Assembly (NCBI GenBank): GCA_977020255.1 | Contig: CDROCS010004896.1 | Span: 1 to 64,000, forward strand | DNA: 64,000 nucleotides | Direction: 5' to 3' | Origin: Obrimoposthia wandeli | Taxonomy: Eukaryota | Shown here: one piece after another, positions 7,442 to 17,294 of the stretch | Position numbering within the stretch: position 1 is the stretch's first letter | Layout of the letters: every line of letters begins with the position of its first letter | Program-made: the position numbers and the translations under genes | Notes under the pieces: generated by a model | What the model saw: the letters and a program-made list of their open reading frames with translations, nothing else | Database searches by the model: none | What the model was told of the DNA's origin: nothing

Positions 7442-8218
7442 TTATAATTTTTTGCTGTAGCCGCGTGGTGTGTAAACCCATTCTTTATCGCCATTTTCTA
7501 TATGGCGCGTCTCGCTATTACCGACACTGACCAGTGTGAACATATCCACGTCGGCGGCATCGAGCTTATCGAGCGTTGTAATGGTGATGCTTTCATCTTC
7601 ACGGGTTAATTGGCGGCCTAATAATACTGGGGTATTGGCTGGGCGATATTGCAATAAAATATCGCGTGCAGTATTAATCTGCCAATCACGTTTTTTCGAG
7701 CGAGGGTTATAAAACGACACTACGAAGTCGCCTTCACCACAGCTGTGCAAACGTTTCTCAATGGTCTGCCAAGGCGTTAATAGATCGGATAACGAGATAG
7801 TGCAGAAGTCATGACCTAACATCGCACCAATGCGTGCTGAGCCAGCTTGCATGGCAGAAATACCCGGTACGACTTCGATATCAACGTCTAACCATTCAGG
7901 GTGATTCTCTTTACCTTGCAACTGCATGTCGAGTAATTCAAAGACTAAAGTGGCCATGGCGTAGATGCCAATGTCGCCACTGGAAAGTAGTGCTGTGGTT
8001 TTGCCACTCGCCGCAAGGTCTAACGCTAAGCGTGCGCGGCCAATTTCTTCACCTAGTGGTAAGTCGTGGTGCGTTTTACCGTCACAAACGCTGCCTAATA
8101 GATCTAGGTAAAGTCCATAAGCAACAAGGTCGCTACATTCGCCGATGGCTTTCACCGATCGTGGTGCGATTAAATCGGCATTACCCGGGCCTGTGCTTAT
8201 CAAATACAGTTTGGTCAT
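7442..8218 (-). CDS. cobJ: (cobalt-)precorrin-3B C17-methyltransferase CobJ/CbiH
   Basis: SSGDIGIYAMA, GHDFCTISLSDLLTPW, FYNPRS, TPRGY. Confidence 0.93.
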   Translation of the reverse strand: MTKLYLISTGPGNADLIAPRSVKAIGECSDLVAYGLYLDLLGSVCDGKTHHDLPLGEEIGRARLALDLAASGKTTALLSSGDIGIYAMATLVFELLDMQLQGKENHPEWLDVDIEVVPGISAMQAGSARIGAMLGHDFCTISLSDLLTPWQTIEKRLHSCGEGDFVVSFYNPRSKKRDWQINTARDILLQYRPANTPVLLGRQLTREDESITITTLDKLDAADVDMFTLVSVGNSETRHIENGDKEWVYTPRGYSKKL

Positions 8219-8267
8219 AATTCTATGCGCTTCTTAAAATGTGTTTAATTTTCTATTTATATTCAAT

Positions 8268-9098
8268 CTATGCCGCAGGATACGAGCGCGCAATGGCGCA
8301 CGTTGCTTTGGCATTTTTATGTTTGTTTAAAACTAATTCTGCTACTTGGCCAGTTTCAGTCTGAGCACTATAAAGTGCGGCTGATTCTGCAACGCCATAC
8401 ACGCCGACTGTTTTAAAAATATAATCCGAGTATGTACTGAGCTGGGATTCGACCGTTGCTAAATCACTTTTATTCCAAGTGATAAACGGTTTATTCAAAT
8501 TTTTAGCCAGCTCAATTAAATGTGTTTCATCGGCTTTAATATCAATACTGCTAATGCTGTGTACTTGCTCTATGGTCAACCCTGCTTGGCTTAAACATTG
8601 ATCCAATAGTTCTGACAAATATTCTAGCGGGCAATTTCTTTCGCAACCCATACCGACGGTATAAATAGGTTTTAAATAGGGATTGGCCGTGGTCATCACT
8701 AGCTGAGCATTAATCAACTCACTGATCTGATTGGCCCAGTCGTTCGCGCCGCCTTCATGGCCGGATAATAACGGAATCACAAACTTGCCTGCTTCATCTA
8801 ATATCAGAACCGCAGGGTCGTTATGCTTATCTTGTAATACCGACGCTAGAGTTCTAACTACTATGCCCGTCGCGCAGATAAATATGAGGCGCTCTCCGCG
8901 GACAAACGCTTGCTGAATGGTCTCGGCGAACGGCTTAGGCTTATACCAAATCTCGACTGTCTGCTCAGCGCTTTTTATTCTAGAAGCATTCATTCTTTCC
9001 ACTAATACTTTAGCTAGCTTATGGCCTGCTTCTGTTAGCGCGACAATACGCACAAGAGAATGAGCAGAAGAATTATCCACAGAGCGAGTCGAGATCAT
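8268..9098 (-). CDS. cbiG: cobalt-precorrin-5A hydrolase CbiG
   Basis: ATGIVVR, DPAVLILDEAGKFVIPLLSGHEGGAN, GMGC, GVAESAAL. Confidence 0.88.
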   Translation of the reverse strand: MISTRSVDNSSAHSLVRIVALTEAGHKLAKVLVERMNASRIKSAEQTVEIWYKPKPFAETIQQAFVRGERLIFICATGIVVRTLASVLQDKHNDPAVLILDEAGKFVIPLLSGHEGGANDWANQISELINAQLVMTTANPYLKPIYTVGMGCERNCPLEYLSELLDQCLSQAGLTIEQVHSISSIDIKADETHLIELAKNLNKPFITWNKSDLATVESQLSTYSDYIFKTVGVYGVAESAALYSAQTETGQVAELVLNKHKNAKATCAIARSYPAA

Positions 9099-9835
9099 TA
9101 TCTTTCCCGCTCTTTCTTAAGTACCACGAACAAGGAAAAATACGGCCCTTTGTCATCACCCAACTCACTTACATCATCGATGATAACTTGCTCGTCGCGA
9201 CCAATATATTCTAAATAGTTCGCCTCTTCACTACGACCTGTATCCGCTAACGCCGCTAAAATTTTAGGGCGATAAGGCCCAGCTTTCATGATGATCACGC
9301 TGTCGTGTTGCTGTAATGTTTGGCGTATTTTTTCTTCGCTATGACGGCCGTTTATAATCGCTACCGATTCCGTTAGCATCGATAAGGGTAACTTCAACGC
9401 CGAAGAGGCTGCGTGTACCGATGAGATACCCGGCACAACAGCACAGGTCATTTCATCTTGTAGCCTATCTAGCAAATAGCTAAACGATCCAAAAAATAAT
9501 GGGTCGCCTTCACATAAGAAGACAACACTCTTTCCTTCCGCTATCACTGACCGGATTTTATCCGCCGCTAGATCATAAGCTTGGTTTGCACCGGTGCGAT
9601 CATTTTTCATCGGCATCGGTACAGGAATTTCTATTTGCCCTGCCTTACTGCCCGCCAAACTGTGTTGAGCAATATCCCGTGCCTGTGAACTGCCTTGCTC
9701 GTTCGCAAGGTAGCTGACAACATCGGCATTTTGCATTAAGCGATGGGCTTTTAAAGTGATTAGTTCTGGATCACCAGGGCCTACGCCTAAACCGATAAAT
9801 TGTGCATTCATGCTGCTATTATTTTCCAGGCTCAT
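9098..9835 (-). CDS. cobI: precorrin-2/cobalt-factor II C20-methyltransferase CobI/CbiL
   Basis: GLGVGPGDPELITLKA, LCEGDPLFFGSF, VPGISS, PYFS. Confidence 0.92.
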   Translation of the reverse strand: MSLENNSSMNAQFIGLGVGPGDPELITLKAHRLMQNADVVSYLANEQGSSQARDIAQHSLAGSKAGQIEIPVPMPMKNDRTGANQAYDLAADKIRSVIAEGKSVVFLCEGDPLFFGSFSYLLDRLQDEMTCAVVPGISSVHAASSALKLPLSMLTESVAIINGRHSEEKIRQTLQQHDSVIIMKAGPYRPKILAALADTGRSEEANYLEYIGRDEQVIIDDVSELGDDKGPYFSLFVVLKKERER

Positions 9836-9837
9836 AA

Positions 9838-11145
9838 TTAGATGCTGTTCTTTTGAAAGCGAAATAACGTAACGGGTAAGTTAGGGCGATATACTAATTG
9901 CCCTGCGAGTTCTTCACCACGGCTAATCGCAATTTGTGAGGTTTCAATCGTCGCACTGCCGACCATTAATAATTCATCGCGAAAAGTTAATAATTGTTGC
10001 TTGGTATTTTCCATAATAGCACTCACCACCAGCACACCTTGCTCTGGAAGCTGCATCCAACAAAAGGCTAATAGTTCTGACATCTCGCCATCGCTACCAC
10101 CGATAAACACTTTATTCGCTTGCGGTAATGAATCGAGTATTGCTGGCGCTCGGCCTTGTACCGCGCTTAAGTTATCCACAACGCCAAAGCGCTGGATATT
10201 TTGCTGCAGACAATCGAAGCGCTGATCGTTATGCTCTATCGCATGTACTTGACCTGCTTTATTCCAGTAGGCCCATTCCACGGCGATACCACCGCAGCCT
10301 GCGCCTACATCCCAAGCAACATCACCTCGGCTGGGTTGTAATAACGACAATACCGCTAAGCGTACTTCACGCTTGGTGATCATGCCTTTACCCGCTGCTT
10401 TGCCAGTAATAAATAGATCGTCGTTGAAACCGGGAAACTGCGGCATCATTTGGCTAATACCGGTTTCAATAACGGTCACTTGCAGTTCAGAAAAACTGAG
10501 AGCAGATGATGTGGACGTTAAAGCGCTTGGATCTTCTAATAGCGTTTCAATAGAAAAACTACGAACTCGCTCTTTTTCATAACCGAGATCTTCGCACACC
10601 GTTATTTTTGCAGAGTGATAGCCCATAGCAAAACATTCTTGGGCTAATCGTTTTGGCTGGCTGTGTTTATCAGTGAGGATAACTAAGGTTTGGTTATGAC
10701 GAATTAAGCTTCTTAGCGTTTCGACTGGGCGGCCATGTAAACTGATCGCATCGCAATCTTGTAAGGATAAAGCTAGTTTATGACAAGCCGCTTGAATACT
10801 TGAAATACCAGGATAGAAAAACAATTCAGAAGTATTCATATTTTTCGAGAGCCAGCGGCCTATACCAAAATACAAAGGATCACCTGAGGCTAGAATACTA
10901 ATCTGCTGATCGCTTAGCTGTTGATGGCTTAGCTCGGCTAACAATTCTTTTAATTCACTGAGCTTCGGTAATTCAATTAATCGTGGCTGCGCGGTAAATT
11001 CTGAATCATCGCCCAAATAAAGAGCAACAGTATCCAGCTGACGTAGACTACCAATAATTATCTGAGATCTATCGAGTGCCTGCATAGCATTGGCCGTTAA
11101 TACCGCTTGCTCTGCTGCCCCTAAGCCAATGACATGAATAGCCAT
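9838..11145 (-). CDS. cobL: bifunctional precorrin-6Y/7 methyltransferase-decarboxylase CobL (CbiET)
   Basis: ASGDPLYFGIG, SLHGR, ITKREVR, WDVGAGCGGIAVEW. Start placed at ATG 11145 (MAIHVIG) to avoid overlap with cobH. Confidence 0.92.
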   Translation of the reverse strand: MAIHVIGLGAAEQAVLTANAMQALDRSQIIIGSLRQLDTVALYLGDDSEFTAQPRLIELPKLSELKELLAELSHQQLSDQQISILASGDPLYFGIGRWLSKNMNTSELFFYPGISSIQAACHKLALSLQDCDAISLHGRPVETLRSLIRHNQTLVILTDKHSQPKRLAQECFAMGYHSAKITVCEDLGYEKERVRSFSIETLLEDPSALTSTSSALSFSELQVTVIETGISQMMPQFPGFNDDLFITGKAAGKGMITKREVRLAVLSLLQPSRGDVAWDVGAGCGGIAVEWAYWNKAGQVHAIEHNDQRFDCLQQNIQRFGVVDNLSAVQGRAPAILDSLPQANKVFIGGSDGEMSELLAFCWMQLPEQGVLVVSAIMENTKQQLLTFRDELLMVGSATIETSQIAISRGEELAGQLVYRPNLPVTLFRFQKNSI

Positions 11146-11147
11146 AA

Positions 11148-11816
11148 TTAATAGATCTCGCCAATATTGCAACGTAATAACGCATTGCAGGTTGCTGATG
11201 AAACGGCACTGCCGCCTTGATTACCCAATAAGGTAATGCATTCGACTCCTAAGCGCTCATGTACATCCCACAGCGCTTGTTTTGATTCTGCCGCACCGAT
11301 AAATCCAACAGGCATACCAATGATGAGTGCAGGTTTATTTTTGCCATCCTTGCCACCCTCTTTTTCATTTGCCTGCTCGATCATTTCTAACAATCTAAAT
11401 AATGCAGTCGGCGCATTACCAATCACGACGATGCTACCCGTAAGATCACTGCCCCAAAGCTTTAACGCCGCCATTGAGCGAGTTTCACCACTGGCTTTTG
11501 CTAGTTCAACGGTTTGAGGATCATTTAAGAAGCATAAAGGTGGCTGCTGAATCATGCGCTTAGTAATGCCCTGCTTTACCATTTCAACATCACAGAGTAT
11601 GGCTGCACCTGCGGCCAACGCTGCTTGCCCTGATTCACAGGCATGAGCACTGAACTTCACTTTATCAGCAACTTCTGGCATACCGACACTGTGTACTATG
11701 CGCATCACAACTTGCTGCTGGCTTTGATCTAAGCCATCAAGGTTGGTTAGCTTGCGAATCATTTCGAAGCTATTTTTCTCGATTGCTTGTGGGTCTACTA
11801 CGTAATCAAAAGGCAC
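11148..11816 (-). CDS. cobH: precorrin-8X methylmutase CobH/CbiC
   Basis: IEKNSF, RIVHS, VIGNAPTALF, GMPVGFIGAAESK, GGSA. Confidence 0.94.
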   Translation of the reverse strand: MPFDYVVDPQAIEKNSFEMIRKLTNLDGLDQSQQQVVMRIVHSVGMPEVADKVKFSAHACESGQAALAAGAAILCDVEMVKQGITKRMIQQPPLCFLNDPQTVELAKASGETRSMAALKLWGSDLTGSIVVIGNAPTALFRLLEMIEQANEKEGGKDGKNKPALIIGMPVGFIGAAESKQALWDVHERLGVECITLLGNQGGSAVSSATCNALLRCNIGEIY

Positions 11817-11834
11817 AGTATTTCTCTTTTCATC

Positions 11835-12662
11835 TTATTTGTTATAACCGCTGTTTTTAATTTCTTCGAAACACTCGGCAAGACTATTAAATATTTTATT
11901 TGGCTGGCGCTCACACTCACTGCTCAGCTTGCTATTAACCTGTACTTTGGCACTCGATTCTATGCAAGGACGCTGCAACATCAATACTCGAATACCCAAT
12001 GCACGCGCAGCCTCTAATTTGGCTTTTGTCGCTTCGCCACCGCTATTTTTACAAACGATTAAATCAACTTGGTATTTCTCTAGCAGCGCTTTTTCATCAT
12101 TAATATTAAAGGGACCAATGGCTTGTACCCACTGAGAATATTGCGGTAGCTCTGTTTCTTTTGCGCTACGGATAATGTATTGCGCAGGCCCAAAAGTTTC
12201 ATTCAATTCGGCAATACCATCAAGCTCTATGGCAAGCTGTCTGCTGATCTGGCCATTGGTATAGAATATGTTTTTACTGCCGCTATTAACCGCTAACGCT
12301 AATTCATGCATAAGCTGATCTTCATTTTCTAATAAAGCCCAATCATCACCTGCTTGCGGCTGCCACTGCGGCCGGACAAATACGCAGTAGGGAATATTAA
12401 CTTCTGCCGTTGAGCGCACGGCCTGCTGACTCATTTTTTCCGCAAACGGATGTGTCACATCTAACAGGTAATCAATTTTTTCTGCTGCTAAATATTTTGT
12501 TAGGCCACCATACTGGCTAAAACCACCGCTAATAATTTTGCAGTCTAATATTGGCTGTCTTACTAAGCCGGCAATGCTATAAATAATTTCTACATCAATA
12601 TTTATTAATTGCTGCGCGAGTAATTTTGCTTCGCGGGTGCCACCTAACATCAATACTTTCAT
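11835..12662 (-). CDS. cobK: precorrin-6A reductase CobK/CbiJ
   Basis: [33 protein letters not shown]. Confidence 0.92.
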   Translation of the reverse strand: MKVLMLGGTREAKLLAQQLINIDVEIIYSIAGLVRQPILDCKIISGGFSQYGGLTKYLAAEKIDYLLDVTHPFAEKMSQQAVRSTAEVNIPYCVFVRPQWQPQAGDDWALLENEDQLMHELALAVNSGSKNIFYTNGQISRQLAIELDGIAELNETFGPAQYIIRSAKETELPQYSQWVQAIGPFNINDEKALLEKYQVDLIVCKNSGGEATKAKLEAARALGIRVLMLQRPCIESSAKVQVNSKLSSECERQPNKIFNSLAECFEEIKNSGYNK

Positions 12663-13873
12663 TGGGCGCTACTCAAAGGGTTCACATCACTCACACCCCC
12701 TTCATCAGCAACCACGACATCCACGGCTTTACCTACGATCAAGCTTTGTCGGTTAATGGCCCAGACTTCGAGTTCAATATGCGGCGGTACAATTTTTCGC
12801 GCCACCGCTAATGCTTTTTGACAAATTTTATTGCCTAGCATTAGGCCGAGGCTAGGCTCTTTTTGCTGGCATAATTTTAATACTTCAATGCTGGTATTCG
12901 CATTTTTCACTTGCGCTACCAGCTCAGCTGAAGCGTGCCCTTTTTCAGCACACAGCTCTGCTACTTGCTCTGCCAGAAAATCGAGATCGATACTGGAAGC
13001 TTTGCTGTGTAAATCCAGATGCCCTTGCGCTAGCTTAGTCATTTTTCCAAAGCCACCACAAATACTCAGTTTATCCAGCTTTAGTCGCTGACGATTATTT
13101 TTAAGATGCTTAAAAACGGCTCCCACAAAATCGCCCATTTCAATTAAGGCGATTTCTGGTAATTGATAATGATCACGAATAACCGCTTCACTGCTACTGC
13201 CTGTGGATGCGGCTATGTGCCGATAACCATTGGTGGTCGCGACATCAATGCCTTGATGAATAGAGGCGATATAAGCGGCACATGAAAAGGGACGTACGAT
13301 GCCCGTTGTGCCTAAGATGGATAAACCACCGACAATACCGAGCCGGGGATTCATCGTTTTTAGTGCGATTTGTTCACCATTCACAACCCCGACAGAAACT
13401 TCAAATCCACCCAAATAATTATATTGCTGAGCAAGGGCTTGTAAGTGTTCGGTGATCATTTTTCTCGGTACGGGATTAATCGCAGGTTCTCCCACCGCCA
13501 GCGCCAAACCTTCTCGAGTCACTGTGCCGACGCCATTACCTGCGATTAAAATTATTTCTGACTGCGATATCAGTTTTAATTCAACAAAGACTTCAGCACC
13601 GTGGGTCACATCAGGATCGTCACCCGCATCTTTTATCGTACAAGCCCTAACGACGGAATCGCGGCACTGATAACTCTTTATGGTTAATTCTACAATCTTA
13701 CCTTTAGGCAAAGTAACGCTGACGACGGTGCTTTGTTTATTGCCGAGCAGCAAGTGCGCTGCCGCTATGCTGCAAGCGGTTGCACAACAGCCTGTCGTTA
13801 AGCCCGAGCGTAATGGTTTAGGCTCTTCTGTTTTATCTGTGGTCTTAACAGTATCCGCGCTTTCTGGCCACAC
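12659..13873 (-). CDS. cbiD: cobalt-precorrin-5B C1-methyltransferase CbiD
   Basis: [52 protein letters not shown]. Confidence 0.95.
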   Translation of the reverse strand: MWPESADTVKTTDKTEEPKPLRSGLTTGCCATACSIAAAHLLLGNKQSTVVSVTLPKGKIVELTIKSYQCRDSVVRACTIKDAGDDPDVTHGAEVFVELKLISQSEIILIAGNGVGTVTREGLALAVGEPAINPVPRKMITEHLQALAQQYNYLGGFEVSVGVVNGEQIALKTMNPRLGIVGGLSILGTTGIVRPFSCAAYIASIHQGIDVATTNGYRHIAASTGSSSEAVIRDHYQLPEIALIEMGDFVGAVFKHLKNNRQRLKLDKLSICGGFGKMTKLAQGHLDLHSKASSIDLDFLAEQVAELCAEKGHASAELVAQVKNANTSIEVLKLCQQKEPSLGLMLGNKICQKALAVARKIVPPHIELEVWAINRQSLIVGKAVDVVVADEGGVSDVNPLSSAQ

Positions 13874-13876
13874 GGA

Positions 13877-14614
13877 TTAAATAGCCTGCGCTAACCAATA
13901 AAAACCAATGCCAACAGCGGCTGAAGCAATTACTTTTCGACTCCAGTTGAATACTTTAATCGATTTTTGTTGTAATTTTTTCTGTACTAAACCAAAACTT
14001 AAACCAAACGTAACCATCGAGAATAAAACACCGGCACTGAATAGCACTAAGTACCCCATAGCTTCCAACAAACTGGTTTGCATCATTGCAGGGATTAAAG
14101 CCAGTGCGGGAGCACTACCTGCAAGGCCATGTAAAATACCCACCATAACAGGGGTATGAGCCTCTTTGACTTGCTGCGAACTTTCTAGCGTTTGATCAGC
14201 GCTGTTTACCGTATTTTGTACATGATTAGTCACATGCAAATGTGTATGTTCAATCGAACCCTGATTATGTTCATGAGTATGTTTATCTAATACGATTTTT
14301 TCTTTATGGAATTGCCAAAAACAGGCTAGACCTAAACCGATTAATAAAACACCAACACTGGATTCGGCGATCTGCTGTATTGCTTCTGGTAATGCGATGC
14401 CTAAACCGAAAAACAATAAGCCCAAAATAATCAGCACACTGCCATGACCAATCGCCCAATTAGCACTGAATTTTAGCGTACGCTTTAAGCTCGGTTTACG
14501 ATTACTTAAAGCCGATACGGCCATTACATGATCGGCGTCTAATGCATGTAATAAGCCTAACCCTAGGCCCGTTATCAATAACGAAAACATTTCGATAGTC
14601 ATACTCGATATCAC
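13877..14614 (-). CDS. NiCoT/UreH-like cobalt or nickel permease
   Basis: HALDADH signature, His-rich loop, GILHGLAGS, multiple TM helices; inside the cob operon. Confidence 0.8.
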   Translation of the reverse strand: MISSMTIEMFSLLITGLGLGLLHALDADHVMAVSALSNRKPSLKRTLKFSANWAIGHGSVLIILGLLFFGLGIALPEAIQQIAESSVGVLLIGLGLACFWQFHKEKIVLDKHTHEHNQGSIEHTHLHVTNHVQNTVNSADQTLESSQQVKEAHTPVMVGILHGLAGSAPALALIPAMMQTSLLEAMGYLVLFSAGVLFSMVTFGLSFGLVQKKLQQKSIKVFNWSRKVIASAAVGIGFYWLAQAI

Positions 14615-14621
14615 CTATAAA

Positions 14622-15980
14622 TTATAAAGTTACTGCATCGGTTAATTGTTTTGTTAGCTCTGGATCGAACAAACAACTGATGGCTTTTGGATTAGAGGGG
14701 AAAAATAAATGCAGATAGCTGGCATTTAAATTGTTATATCGATACATCGCTTCACCTGGCGCAGGATGACGCTGGCGACGGCCATGGGAAAGCGCCTCTG
14801 GCATATTAAAACTGCGCGATCGATGATGTGCGTGAGCACGCACTTCACCTTCAGGGAAGATTGCTGTTTGCATTCCTTGGCAACCACGCTTGCCTTTCAT
14901 CGCACCTTGGCCAGCAAGGATGTTAGCCATCACATGAGTATCATCGTTTAAGTCAGTAAGGTTTTCTAAGCAATATAAAAAGCCACCACACTCGGCTAAA
15001 ATTGGTTTTTGTTGTTCAGAAAAATCTTTCATGCATTTTAACATGCTGAAATTATCTGCAAGTTTTTGTGCATGTAGTTCAGGGTAGCCACCTGGTAACC
15101 ACAACGCATCTGCTAAAGGAATTTCAGCATCATGAATTGGAGAGAAAAATTTAACCTCGGCGCCTAACTCTTGCAAAATTAATAAGTTAGCTTGGTAAAT
15201 AAAACTAAAGGCTTCATCTTTCGCAACGGCTATTACTTTATTTTTCAATAACGGTTTCGCTATCGGTAATTCAGCAAATTTAAATTCTACATTGGCAAAG
15301 CGCTCTAGAATATTTTCCAACCCAGCTTCTACCAGCCAATCAGCTCCCGCTTCAAAACGTTGCTCTAATTCATCCCGCACTTCGCTGGCTTGTACTAATC
15401 CCAAGTGACGCTCAGGTAATGCAACCAGTTCTGATCGTGGCAGAGTTGCTAATAACGGTAAACTGTCTGGCAACGCATCTGCTATCAATTGTCGATGGCG
15501 TTCTGTGCTGCAGCCATTGCCAATTAAACCTGCAACTTGAACATCATCACGATAATTCGCTAATCCCATCGCAATAGCCGCTGCTGTTTGCGCCATGCCC
15601 TTTACATCCATAACGATGGCCATAGGGATATTAAAGGTAGCAGCTAAATCTGCACTGGAAGGATCACCATCGAACATGCCCATTGCGCCTTCAACGATAA
15701 TTAAATCGGCTTCTTTGGCGGCTTGGTAGAATTGATAGCGGCAGTAGTTTTCGCCCGCCATCCACAAGTCTAATTGCTCAACGTGTTCGCCTGATGCTTG
15801 GGCTAAAATTTGCGGATCTAAAAAATCAGGGCCGGTTTTAAAGACTCTAACAATTTTACCTTGGCGCTTAAGCATTCGTGCTAACGCGGCGGTAACGGTT
15901 GTTTTTCCCTGCCCTGAGGCTGGTGCAGTTAAAAATAATGCAGGGCAAAAAACAGAGTCCTGATTTTTTAAAGTCGTCAT
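14622..15980 (-). CDS. cobB: cobyrinate a,c-diamide synthase CobB/CbiA
   Basis: P-loop SGQGKTT, FKTGPDFLDP, EGAMG, LPERHLGL, amidotransferase AECGG. Confidence 0.93.
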   Translation of the reverse strand: MTTLKNQDSVFCPALFLTAPASGQGKTTVTAALARMLKRQGKIVRVFKTGPDFLDPQILAQASGEHVEQLDLWMAGENYCRYQFYQAAKEADLIIVEGAMGMFDGDPSSADLAATFNIPMAIVMDVKGMAQTAAAIAMGLANYRDDVQVAGLIGNGCSTERHRQLIADALPDSLPLLATLPRSELVALPERHLGLVQASEVRDELEQRFEAGADWLVEAGLENILERFANVEFKFAELPIAKPLLKNKVIAVAKDEAFSFIYQANLLILQELGAEVKFFSPIHDAEIPLADALWLPGGYPELHAQKLADNFSMLKCMKDFSEQQKPILAECGGFLYCLENLTDLNDDTHVMANILAGQGAMKGKRGCQGMQTAIFPEGEVRAHAHHRSRSFNMPEALSHGRRQRHPAPGEAMYRYNNLNASYLHLFFPSNPKAISCLFDPELTKQLTDAVTL

Positions 15981-16579
15981 TAGAATTCAATACCTTCTTG
16001 TGCTTTAACTCCTTGGCGGAACGCATGCTTTTCGTCCTGCACACTAGAGATAGTATCCGCGATGTCTTGTAATGGTCGCGCCATCGTACGGCCAGTAATC
16101 ATCACATTCTGCATTTTAGGGCGAGCCTGTAAAGCTTTAACAACCGGTTCGACATCGAGATATTCATATTTGAACATGTAGCTCATTTCATCGAATAATA
16201 AGAAATCGTAACCTTCATCTTGCAATAATTTTTCCGCTAGCACCCAGGCTTTCTGCGCCGCGGCGATATCTTGGCTCTTGTCTTGAGTTTCCCAAGTAAA
16301 TCCCTGGCCCATAACGTGCCAATCGACTAAAGGATGATCTTTGAAGAATTTCATTTCCCCAGTTTCATTACGGCCTTTAATAAACTGAATTACTGCACAT
16401 TTTTTCCCATAACCCAGAGAGCGAGCCATCGTGCCTAAAGCAGAGCTGCTTTTGCCCTTACCATTACCTTTTAATAAGATCAGAACCCCACGCTCTTCTT
16501 GGGCTTGGGCTATTTTTTCATCAACTATGGCTTTCTTTTTTGCCATGCGCTGTTGGTGTTTATTTTCGCTGTCACTCAT
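15980..16579 (-). CDS. cobO: cob(I)alamin adenosyltransferase CobO/BtuR
   Basis: GNGKGKSS, QFIKG, GFTWETQ, ITGR, KHAF..G..AQ.GIEF. Confidence 0.94.
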   Translation of the reverse strand: MSDSENKHQQRMAKKKAIVDEKIAQAQEERGVLILLKGNGKGKSSSALGTMARSLGYGKKCAVIQFIKGRNETGEMKFFKDHPLVDWHVMGQGFTWETQDKSQDIAAAQKAWVLAEKLLQDEGYDFLLFDEMSYMFKYEYLDVEPVVKALQARPKMQNVMITGRTMARPLQDIADTISSVQDEKHAFRQGVKAQEGIEF

Positions 16580-16606
16580 TGGTAGTTACTCATTAGTCTT
16601 AACTTA

Positions 16607-16621
16607 TCAGATTAAATCTGA
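16607..16621. promoter_or_regulatory. palindrome TCAGATT-A-AATCTGA, candidate operator upstream of cobO
   Basis: Perfect 7-bp inverted repeat 28 bp upstream of the cobO ATG. Confidence 0.4.
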
Positions 16622-16688
16622 CTAAGTCTAATTACTGGGTTTTGATAATTATTACTGTATTATTTCAAAATTTAATAGCGTTCAAAAT

Positions 16689-16724
16689 AAAAAACCCCAT
16701 ATATTACCAGAAATATATGAGGTT
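16689..16724 (-). terminator. intrinsic terminator after the response regulator
   Basis: AACCTCATATAT / ATATATGGGGTT stem followed by a T-run on the minus strand. Confidence 0.7.
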
Positions 16725-16764
16725 CAGTATTAACATAACTATCTACGAGTCAATTTTATACTTA

Positions 16765-17292
16765 TTAAAACGTAATATAATGATCAAAGCAGTCAAAATA
16801 ACAGTGCAAAGTTCGCAAACTATTACCTGTAACGGGCGAAGTAGCTTGAGTACCTGCCGCTGCAGAATCAACCGGCAACTCAACCAGCTCCCAATAGTGA
16901 TCAAGCATATTCACTAATTGCTCAAAGCCTTCATCCAATTTTTCTTTCACAATATAGCCTGCAACATGATTTTTATAGGCAGCTAATTTATCTTCATCGT
17001 CTTTACTGGTGGTTAATACAAAAACCACACTGGTTTCTAGCTGGGAGTCATTACGTATCACATTGAGTAGCTCTAACCCACCCATTCTTGGCATATTAAG
17101 ATCGAGCAATATGAGATAAGGGTGCTTTACATCCCCATCTTGCAAAATCTCCAAAGCTTCAATACCGTCTTTTGCACGGATAATAGGATTAGCGACCTTC
17201 ATACGTTTAAAGGCACGCTTAACACTCATCGCATCGATATCATCATCTTCTACCAGAAGAATTGATGCCGGTTTATAATTATTCTTATCCAT
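16765..17292 (-). CDS. single-domain response regulator (Rcp1-like)
   Basis: ILLVEDD, LILLDLNMPRMGG, VLTTS, AGYIVK; atypical ~36-aa tail. Confidence 0.88.
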   Translation of the reverse strand: MDKNNYKPASILLVEDDDIDAMSVKRAFKRMKVANPIIRAKDGIEALEILQDGDVKHPYLILLDLNMPRMGGLELLNVIRNDSQLETSVVFVLTTSKDDEDKLAAYKNHVAGYIVKEKLDEGFEQLVNMLDHYWELVELPVDSAAAGTQATSPVTGNSLRTLHCYFDCFDHYITF

Positions 17293-17294
17293 AA

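Noticed and set aside
16580-16760. Cobalamin riboswitch
   Set aside because: No conserved core or B12 box, and insufficient room downstream of the terminator.
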